From Lytechinus pictus (taxonomy: Eukaryota), in assembly GCF_037042905.1 (NCBI RefSeq), contig NC_087251.1:27778001-27842000 (forward strand): a stretch of 64,000 bases of DNA, read 5' to 3'. Below the pieces are notes generated by a model that worked only from the letters and a program-made list of their open reading frames with translations, made no database searches and was not told the origin of the DNA. Positions 54,359 through 64,000 of this stretch are shown one piece after another (the stretch's first letter is position 1; the number at the start of each line of letters is the position of its first letter). Position numbers and translations under genes: made by a program.

Positions 54359-56157
54359 CAGGGCTCGACACTAGCGCCGGTCCGACGGTCCCAGACCGGT
54401 AAAAATCACTGTCGGACCAGTAGATTTTCAGAAATAGCAAGATTTACTGGTCCGACATGACCAGTAAAAAATATCATTGTCGGGCCAGTAATTTTTCCAA
54501 AAATAGCAAGATTTATGGGTCCGACATAAACAGTAATAAAAACTATTGTTGGGCCAGTAACTTTTTCAGAAATGGTCAAATTCCCTAGTCCAACATAAAC
54601 ATGAAAAATATTCCATGACTCAAATTGCGAACCATTTTCCTCCCGTTAAATTCTGGCATTCACACACAGAACACACACAGAATGAATCGCATGCAATCTT
54701 TGATAGGGTAACATACAGTGTACACGTGGCTAGCCAGCCACACAGCCCACATGGTAAATTTCCTACTGGCTGCACGAACGAAGCTTGGCTAACCTCTGGC
54801 AGATATCTCTCACAGAACTGTCAAAATTCACATTTCACACTAATGAAAAGCTCTTATAATGTCCATATTTCCTAAAAATTTGCCAAAATTGGGGTAACTC
54901 TGTCATTTGTAAGCAGTAAAAGGAGAAATTTTCACTTCTGTTTTAGTTCAAAGAGATCGGGTTTCGAGTGATATCGTCTGAATACATGATAGCCCCACAT
55001 ATGCATTTGTGTGTGTGTTGATACACTTGGTTTCTTTCGTAGCTAGTACTAGTATATTTTAATTGAGCCAAAAAGAAACTGATAATTTATTTATGATGAT
55101 AGTTTTAGCTTTCTTCCTTTGTTTTCTTTCAATCTTTCTTTCCTTCTTTCTTTTCAATCTTTCTTTGTTTCTTCCCTCTCTTCTTTTACTGTCTTTCTTT
55201 TTTAATTTTCCCTTTTTCTTTGTCTTTTGTTCTTTCTTTCTTTCTGTCCTGTTAATATTTTTCTCTATTTCTAATGCTCTTTCTTTTTCTTTCTTTTTTG
55301 ATTTCCTTCTTTCTTTAATTCTTGAGTCCATCCATCCTATATTTATCTCTTCTTTCTTTCTTCATTTCCTTCCTTCTTTTCCCCTTTCTTTCCTTCATTC
55401 TTTGTTACTTTCTTTCTTTCCTCATTCCATCCATCCTTTCTTTACCCTTTCTTGTTTTTATTCCTTCTTTCAGCCCTTTCTCTCTTTCATTCCTTCCTTT
55501 CTTCTTTGTCTTTTGTTCTTTCTTTTTCCCCTTAGTTCGATCTATCCTTTTACCTTTTCTTTCTTCCTTTTATTTACTGCTTGCTTCCTTTCCTTTCTTT
55601 CTTTGAAGTTTGGTCTTTCTTTTTTGTTCTTCCTTTCATTTATTCTTTTACCTTTTTTTTTTTTTTTATATTGCTTGCTTGCTTGCTTCCTTCTTTATTC
55701 CTTCCCAACATTCCTTTTTCCTTCTATCATTTTCCCTTTTCTTGATTTCTTCCTTCTTTCAATCCTTTCTTTCTGTTTTCCTTCTTTCCATCTCTCCTTT
55801 TACCCTTTCTTTCTTTTTTTATTCCTTCTTTCCTTCTTTCTTTCATTACTTTGTCTTTTGTTCTTTCTTTCTATATTGCTTGCTTCATTTCTTTCCTTCT
55901 TTCCTTCATTCTTTTTTTCTTTTGTTCTTTCTTTCCTTCCTTTCCTTCTTTGTTTTTTTTTTTCCTTCCTTCACATTTTTTCTTTACTTTTTTCTTCCTT
56001 CGTTTCTTTTATTCTTTCTTTTTTCCTTCTTTCCATCTCTCCTTTTACCCTTTCTTTCTTGTTTTATTGCTTCTTTCCTTCTTTCTTTTTTCATTACTTT
56101 CTGTCTTTTATTTTTTCTTTCTTTATTGCTTGCATCATTTCTTTCCTTCTTTTTGTT

Positions 56158-56253
<96 letters not shown>

Positions 56254-56649
56254 TCCTTCCTTTTTTTCTTTCGTTCTTATTTTTGTTCTTTCTTTCCTTC
56301 CTTTCCTTCTTTCTTTCTTTAGTTCTTTCTTTTTTTCCTTCCTTCACATCTATCCTTTCTTTACCTTTGCTTTTTTCTTCCTTCCTTCCTTTCTTTTATT
56401 CTTTCTTCCTTTCTTTCTTTTTGTCTTTCATTCATTCATTCATTCATTCCTTCATTTTTTTTTTTTTGGGGGGGGGGGTAACAAGAAAGGACAGCAAAAT
56501 AAACTCACGCCTTTTTTTAATGTTTTCTTTATTTTTTGGGACCAGTAGATTTTAGGTTCGGACCAGTAAAAAATTGAAAAACTGGGTATCTACTGGTCCG
56601 ACATGAATAGGTTGGACCAGTAGAAAAAAAGGGTTAGTGTGGAGCCCTG
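54359..56649. mobile_element. MITE with CAGGGCTC termini and 7-bp TSD, carrying a TC-rich expansion
   Basis: TIR CAGGGCTCGACACTA / TAGTGTGGAGCCCTG; TSD ATATAGG; repeated GGACCAGTA subterminal motifs. Confidence 0.85.
55105..56470. repeat. TC-rich low-complexity / (TTTC)n tract
   Basis: Direct reading; pure (TTTC)n at about 56156-56255. Confidence 0.97.
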
Positions 56650-59418
56650 ATATAGGAATAATCAAGTATCACTGGCAAGTCTTATGTCGCATGATCAAGG
56701 TCAACTTTCATTTATTGTCATTGAACATCTAGTATTGTATCATTATATGAATTGTGTTTTTGTGAATAATTATATTATAGTAGTTTTCAAAGTCAGCACT
56801 GCTGCTATATTGAATCGCGTGATGCAGGTGAGACTGCCAGAGGCGCTCCACTTGTTTTAGTTCTGCAACACAGATGGAAATCTCCCACAGAACTCGTAGT
56901 GCCGGTGTTTCGCACGACACTTAACTACAGCCTTCGATTACTCCGTAATTTTTCCTTTTGACGGAGAAGATAAAGCGTTTGAATGAAAATTATTAATATT
57001 ATTTTAACTTAACAATCCAATCAGCTTACCAGTTTCTTGAAATATGTGATTTTCATCCAGGAATAAAATTACAAAGAGCCTGTGCACAGTACTAGCGATG
57101 TATCGTCGTCATGTTTCTTTTGCAGCTTGAGCATACGAATGCACCAGCTAATCATTTTCGTGTTACCAGTCTCAGCAGAGCATATTCCTGACAGAAATAG
57201 ACTTATTTATCAGTCTACAAAATAGCCTAATTTTCAAAAGCAAAACTGTAATAAAATTGCAATTACTGTAACGAATAGTGAAATACAAATCAAAATAATC
57301 ACAGACGCAAAGAATGCATCATGCTTAATACTTGAACCATGAAGATGAGAGCATGTCATTGCTTCAAAAATTACATGGCCAATTTATTTCATGACTCATA
57401 AATCAGCTGCGGACGTTGACGTACAGGGTACCCCCAGGATATTAAATTTTCTTTTACGGAAAGCATGGAAGTATTTGTTAAATAATGATAAGCTTTAAAT
57501 GATTCTAAATGTCATGAAATATTGCAGCAAAAATATTTGAATCTGTAGATAATGGAACATGATTTAAAGAACTCTGTAAAAAGAATAATAGCAAAATGTT
57601 GGTGAGGGTGTGAAAATGTATAATTTTATTTTGGTCATGGGAAAATATTTAACTGAAAGTGTTTTTTTTTTCACCATTTAATCATGAGGAAGGAGCAAGG
57701 TAAACATTAGAAGTGAACAATGTTATTAAACAAACGTTTGTGACATTTTTGGCTTCCCATAATTTTAGCCCAGAGTTAGACCACATTCTAAGATTTTTAT
57801 CCGACAGTAACCAGAGTAACTGTGCTTCTCAGAAAATTGAAAACAAGGGAAGAACAAATTTGACAACTTTTGGGACAATAATTTTGATGAAATACTCCAC
57901 AGACTTCAGAATTTGAGCCATAGAGTTCATCAGCTTGTTTTACTTCTGTTCAGGCCTGATGTTTTTCATGCACCATACAGTACCAGTCACCATTCTTTGA
58001 ATCACTATTACATGTACCTGTTTCAACCAGAGAACAATAGATTTGGTCCACTGATCTACCGACTAATCTTCTCTGTCCCCGCGTCCCGTAGGCCCCCACG
58101 CCAGTGCTCTCCGGTAGATTTTTGGCCAGATCGTCTGCCATACAAGGGGGCGGAGCTAGCGCTGAGCGTGGGAAATGGAGCCTTGTTTGAAATTAAATCG
58201 GTTGGGTTCGGGCTTATGGAATACCGGAGAGGGGGAAAAAGAAAGAAAAAAAAAAATTCTGGCACGATTTTTATTGTAATGTAATGACAGTTTGAAACAA
58301 AATCTTTGTGTGTTTATTTTTTAATAAATGCAGTTTGTTTGAAATTAAATGAATGTATTTTGCATTTAGGTTTCCTGTTCATTGTATTTTTCACTTCTGA
58401 GAGGGATTTTTTACTTCTGAGAGAGAGAGAGAGATGGGGGGGGGGGGTAGATAGACAGAATAATTAATAGATAAACAAAGAGAGAGAGAGAGATATATAT
58501 ATATATATATATATAGATATTAGATGAATAAATAGATAAATAAATAAGAAGAAAAATAGATAGATAAATAAAAAGAAAATGAATATTGAAAGAATGGAAG
58601 GAAAGATATATCTTGTCCTTTCTAATTTATTGATTAGAGAGAGGGGGGGGGGGTAAAGGAATGAAAAAGAAATAGAATGAGAGAAAGATCCTTCATTTAT
58701 TGATTCCTTGACTCATTCATTTATTCTATCTTTCATTCATTCCTGGACTCATTCATTTATTCATTCCTTGACTCATTCATTCATTTATTCATTCATTTTT
58801 TCATTCATTCATGCCTTCTTTATTAATTTATAATTGAAGCGAAAGTTTCTTTCCTATTTCCTTCCCTGTAAATGTTTCTAGGAAATAAATAATAAACCTT
58901 TCAAAATATTTGTTGTAGTTTAGTCATGAATTGAATAAAAAAAATATATATATATCATGTGTAGTTATAAGTGTGGAAAAAGGTATTAAGTCACATTTAT
59001 ACAAGAAGATGTAAGTCACATTTTTGAAAATAATTATTTTCAAGAAGTCATTAAGATTTTTGAGTGTGAGTGCTAATAGGTATTAAAACCCATTTATGAG
59101 TGTGGAAAAAGGTATCAAGTCACATTTATACAAAAAGGATGCAAGTCACATTTTTAAAATTAATTATTTTGAATAAGTCATTAAGATTTTTGAGTGCAAG
59201 TGCTAAAAGGTAGTAAATCCCATTTATGAGTGTGGAAAAAGGTGTTAAGTCACATTTATACAAAAAGGACGCAAGTCCCATTTGTGGAAGTAATTAGTTC
59301 CAAGAAAGTCATTTAGATTTGTGAGTGCGAGTGCCGAAAGGTTGTAAATCCCTCCCCCATCATTTTCAATCTCTTTTTCTCTGTCTTTTCCTCTCCTGGG
59401 ATTTTTCATGAAGCATTA

Positions 59419-60437
59419 TCGTAAGTAACGGTCTATTAACCGCACCTTTTTCTCCGCAGGATAGAAGCAAAAGTCGGGGGTGCGGTTTATCCACGGTGAC
59501 GGGTCTGAGCCAGCCCGCCGTAACCCCTCCCGAACATGTAAGACGTCTGCCAGTTCACAACACATCGAGTGGCCGGGCGTAGCCGCCCAGGGCAATGTCG
59601 TATAGAGGGGTATGAGCCGCGGGTAATGAGAAGCGATTATTACGATTTTATTAAATATTGTCCATAACAAACGCACCCACCTTCATGACACTAATTTCGA
59701 CGTTTATTCTCGGTTCAAAGCAGCGAAGTTCCCTGGCTTAGTTCAAAGAGAAGCCAAGCATACTCTGTAATATTTTGTCACAGCTGAGCGAGCGCGAGAG
59801 TTGAGTTAGCTGAGCTAGCTTGCGTTGTATTGTGGTTATAGTGCGACTTAAGCTGGCGCTATTCATTTTAATCCTCGATCCCCTCCAAAGTCCTGTTTCG
59901 CGCCAGCTTATTTTTTCTTTCCCGTTTGCTTTTCATAAGATACCATGTAGTGGTACACCACGCACGCACGAGAGAGACGGCACGAAGCCGTCAAAACAAA
60001 TTTTAAAAATGCCAATTTCTTTGTTTCTTGAACCTTCCTGTAATCCCGTATCCAAAATTCATGCTAAGACATCGAATGCTAGACAAATTCTGAAAGTGAT
60101 TGTGAGTTTGTGATGCAAGAAATGTGAATGTTTCTTCCTCCTACGCCGGGAAAGACACAGATCATTATTTGATAAGATGTACTGGTAGTGGTACCGTATC
60201 GTAGTTTGCAATGTACATGAACGGCAGTGCTGTGTGTGTGTGTGTACACTGTGACTGTGAGGTGAGTGAGTGTGTAAGTGGCCAATATTGTCGGGACCTT
60301 TCTTTTTTGCAAACATTTGTAGATGAATTGATCAAGAACAGCAGATTTCCGCATACCGGTAATCTCTTTGGATACTTTGAAATCTTTAACTTAGTTTTTG
60401 TTTCTTCGTACCTCAAATATAATGTGAGAAGGATTTT

Positions 60438-60470
<33 letters not shown>

Positions 60471-60519
60471 TGGGGGTGCGGTTAATCCACGGGTGCGGTT
60501 TATAGTCCGTTACTTACGG
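59419..60519. mobile_element. Tc1/mariner(pogo)-like MITE inside Dada copy 2
   Basis: TA TSD; TIR (T/C)CGTAAGTAACGG.CTAT.AACCGCACC at both ends; empty site GCATTACTTGG present in copy 1. Confidence 0.88.
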
Positions 60520-60633
60520 TACTTGGTTTTCCCTCTGCTTTTGACAAGGGCTTGGGACCTTCAAAACATCACCCAATTTTCAACAAATTTGAAAATAAAT
60601 TTCAAGAATGGTAGTTTGAAGAAAGTTGGTTAA

Positions 60634-61217
60634 AGGAGAATGAAACCCTTGAAACCAGCTGAATCCATATCAAAGAGAAAAATCAAAGAAACATATTGTT
60701 GAAAGTTTGAGGAAGATTGAATGAATAATAAGAAAGTTATGAGCATTTGAATATTGAGATCACTAATGCCATGTAGATCCTCCCATTGGCAATGCAACCA
60801 AGATCTGTGATGTCACACACGTACAACTCCCTCATTACTTTAGTACTTATTTCACTTATATTCTCACTTTTATAGAGTCTATCACAAGGTGAGGTGTTCT
60901 CTTTACGAGAGGACAAGTACAGAGGTTTCACAACATTATATCAATGATGAATCGTTTGTCATATGATTAGAATGAGCAAAAAGAGATGTTTTGGGATATA
61001 TTTTCAGTGTCCAAAAGGGGAGAGTTGTTCATCTGTGACATCATAGATCTTGGTCGCATTGCCAATGGGAGGATCTCCATAGCATTAGTGATCTCGACAT
61101 TCAAATGCTCATAACTCTTCTATTGCTAGTCCTATTTTACTCAAACTTTTGTTGATCTTACTCTTTTATTTTTCTGCTTTCACAAAAGCTAACTTGCTCC
61201 AAGAGTTTCATTCTCCT
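60634..61217. mobile_element. Kolobok-like MITE inside Dada copy 2
   Basis: TTAA TSD; AGGAGAATGAAAC / GTTTCATTCTCCT termini; long internal inverted similarity; absent from copy 1. Confidence 0.85.
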
Positions 61218-61929
61218 TTAAAATGTCTTGGCAGCATTAAAAACCAAACTAGTTGACATTATCACACTAGTTTCAAGAGACCGCTCCACAAAGTCATCGC
61301 AAGTGATGCTCAATATATTAAATATGGAACTTCACAAGGATACCCGTGAAGGAACGGAAAAAATAGTCATCTTACGAGTTGCTTGTCTAAGGTACAGTAC
61401 TTTGTTGTATAACATCCATCATTTATTGACTTTACATGTTTCATTTTTACTAAATCCTGTTGCACATTCCACTAAGTCCTCAATGCTTATCCATCATGGA
61501 TATCGTACTATAGCACTGAGACGTCGTGAATGTCGATATAACTTGAGTCACCACTCGAGATGCTCAATGATTGCAAGTACCAGAGCTCCTCGGGGTACTT
61601 TGTGGCGGTGAAAATGAGTTTCTGTCAGATTTTAGCTTATCATCAATCTGTCTGTATCTTGAAAACTGCTGAAATATCCCATCTGCTTGCGTAGTTGTAT
61701 TGAATGCATTGTTGGAAAATTGCTGCAATGATTCCTCACTATTCTGCTGCCGCTGTTTGTCATTGTCCCCAACAAGTTTTGTAATATGTTCTGTATCTTC
61801 CACATGGTCTTTCACTGTCGTTTTATAACCTGTCCTTATTTCTCAATGAAAGTTTGACCTTTTCTCATCTGATTTGACGTATGTATACAGTATATGAAGC
61901 TGCCCACAATCTCCCCTTTTTACCTATAC

Positions 61930-63741
61930 CAGGGCTGGAAATTGGTGGTGGTCCGGGGGCAATTAACCGCCTAAAGCTCCGTTGGGCACCCTAAAAGTCG
62001 GATAATAGTGCCCGGGCTGACCACCAGAAAAAATAAATGTAGAAAACCGAAAATGAGTAGGTCTAAAACGAATCGTAGGGCAGCACACGACACTGGCACT
62101 GGTCCGACGGTCCCAGACCAGTAAAAATAGCTGTCGGGCCAGTAACTTTTCAGAAATAGCCAGATTTACTGGTCCAACATGACCAGTAAAAAATATATAT
62201 TTTCTCCTCTTTAGTATCTTAAAAAATGTCTTTCCAAAATTGAGAAATGGTTCGCATTAATTGTGTTGTGTGTGTATGTGTGTATTGTTTGTTAGTACGT
62301 TTTTTTTTTGGGGGGGGGCAATAAAAACAATAAAAGACAGCAAAATAAACAAGTCTTTTTCATGTTTTTCTTTATTTTTCGGGACCAGTAAATTTTAGAT
62401 TCGGACCAGTAAAATATTGAAAAACTGGGTATCTACTGGTCCAACTTGAACAGATTGGACCAGTAGAAAAAAGAGTTAGTGTGGAGCCCTGCGTAGGGAC
62501 AGTGATTTTCCGTTTCAGAAAATCGTAAATTCCGTCTTAGCATGTCAGAAAACGGAAATTCCGTTTCCCCATAGACTTTGTGTACACGGAAAATTGGCAA
62601 TTCCGTTTACCATTCAGTAGCAATATATCACTCGCGTTGGTCAAAATTTGTATCTGCCACCGTACCCACAACGCAGTAGAATCCGCTCTAATCGGATCTA
62701 TGCGGGTACACAAAATATTTAGAAAAACACATTTGACACAAATACACCCTTACCTTTCACATTATTAGCATTATTTTTTTGTTAAATTAATTTTTATCGA
62801 TAATTTTGGGGGTTTTTGGACATCGTTTCGACCAGTCAACGACTTTAGCCTATCCGCCATTTTGAATTTCAAGACCGGAATATCGTGCTGTTACATCTTG
62901 AAAAGTAGAGGGCAGCAACACACAACTGTGTTGTTTGCATGTGAATGTTTTCGACACGGCCGACTCGGCCCATTGAACTTGAATAAAGTTAAGTCCTTTC
63001 ATTATAGTATCAAATTCAACGTGTGGTGAGCTTGTTGTGTGTAATTTGGTGATTGAGGACACATTTTGTGATGTTGAGGAATGGACAACTACATGATCAC
63101 TTGTTTATGTTTTGCCTCATCCAAGCCACTTGTGGTTTTGTTCCCACTATTTCTGTAATGTATACTTCTGGGGCCCATTTCATAAAAAGTTGCTATAAAT
63201 TCTTTCGCAGCCAGAGGCTGAACTGTGGAATCTTTTACAAATAAAAAGTATAAACATTACGTAAACATCATAAATAATTACATAATTACACAATGCAAAA
63301 TGAAAATACTAATATGATATCCAAAAACTAACTATGAGTACAGGATATCATGCATTAAAAGAAAACAAATTAAGCACAGAGACTCAGAGTTTACCTTAGA
63401 GTGACATAGAGAAAGGGACAGGGACAGAGAGAGACAGTTACACAGAGGGAGAGAGAGAAACATGGACAGAGAGAAAGAGAAAAGGATCATGAGTAATTTT
63501 TTTAAATCTCCTTTGAAACAAAGGCTTGATTTTGTCCTTTTTAATCTACAGAAAGGTTCCACCAGTAATGTAGTGTTTCACAGCAAACTTACACATACAG
63601 AGTTGATACACTTTACAATTTGTCATGATACAATTTTTTCAATATGCATGTGATGACCACCTAAACTGCCATTTGACTACCTAAAGTTCAGTCCAGGGTG
63701 CCCAGCTGACTTCCAAAAATTCAAGTTAATCGAGAGGCCTG
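61930..63741. mobile_element. hAT-like non-autonomous element, 5-bp TSD, inside Dada copy 2
   Basis: Absent from copy 1; CAGG...CCTG ends; TATAC duplicated on both sides; TIRs are degenerate. Confidence 0.7.
62081..62491. mobile_element. Short copy of the same MITE family, 7-bp TSD
   Basis: Ends similar to 54359-56649 (GGTCCGACGGTCCCAGACC ... TAGTGTGGAGCCCTG); TSD CGTAGGG (62074-62080 and 62492-62498). Confidence 0.85.
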
Positions 63742-64000
63742 TATACTGTTTTCTCTCTCCTTGAAGGTTAGCAATCTTCATTCCATTTTTCTCATTCCTC
63801 TGGTTTCTCATTAGTGTGTCCTAAATCCATAGATTCGATGTTGCTTGTGCCTGACTGGTGCAATGATCCACTTTAACAGGTTTTGTTTTTCATCCTGCAG
63901 GAGGTCTTAATCCCCCTTCCCACTGGCATAGATGCTTCCAGTAGGTGGCGCCAGTTTAGTCGCCGGCGACCCGACTTCTGCCGTCTTGATAAACATATTA

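Larger units (their letters stand above)
45441..56855 (+). mobile_element. Helentron/DINE-like non-autonomous element (~1 kb net) hosting the LTR element and a MITE
   Basis: 13-bp subterminal inverted repeats GTCTCACCTGCAT (45446-45458) and ATGCAGGTGAGAC (56822-56834), T-rich flanks, no TSD seen. Internal ~125-bp tandem repeats (CATGACCAAGGTCAAAGGTC) continue across both nested insertions. Confidence 0.65.
58053..64000 (-). mobile_element. Second Dada copy (3' non-coding end), inverted relative to the first, running off the window
   Basis: Reverse complement is collinear with 24641-27011 (e.g. 63961-64000 vs 24641-24680; 58056-58100 vs 26967-27011). It is visibly diverged and interrupted by four MITEs. 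The window ends about 10 nt before its transposase stop codon would lie. Confidence 0.92.

Noticed and set aside
55063..56555. 419, 312 and 234-aa Phe/Leu/Ser ORFs as membrane proteins
   Set aside because: Translation of a TC-rich tract that lacks stop codons by composition.
58028..58055. U6atac or a true U6 gene at the copy 2 flank
   Set aside because: Similarity is limited to about 25 nt; no U6 5' stem-loop or promoter, and it does not match the U6atac GGAGA box.

Overview
AT-rich metazoan genomic DNA, with no prokaryotic features. The U6 promoter layout (TAAATA box plus an E-box at about -80) points to a sea urchin, but that is inference. Main feature: a 12.7-kb DNA transposon (14269-27014) inserted inside a U6 snRNA gene. 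It splits U6 into a 5' part (27084-27015, promoter still in place) and a 3' part (14268-14226) with a 6-bp TTGCGC target-site duplication (TSD). It encodes an apparently intact 12-coding-exon, ~1353-aa DDE transposase and matches the Dada superfamily (Dada-U6 type). Both element ends and the U6 target carry an AATCTT motif in the same register from the cut. The right end holds a 14-bp inverted copy of the U6 ACAGAGA-box region. A second, inverted, more disrupted copy of the element's 3' end (about 58053 to the window end) is not in U6 but abuts a degenerate U6-like motif. Also present: a 12-kb array of ~1-kb tandem units built on a 36-39-bp acidic coding-like repeat; a gag-only LTR retrotransposon with apparently identical LTRs, nested in a Helentron-like element; many MITEs; LINE fragments; and simple repeats.
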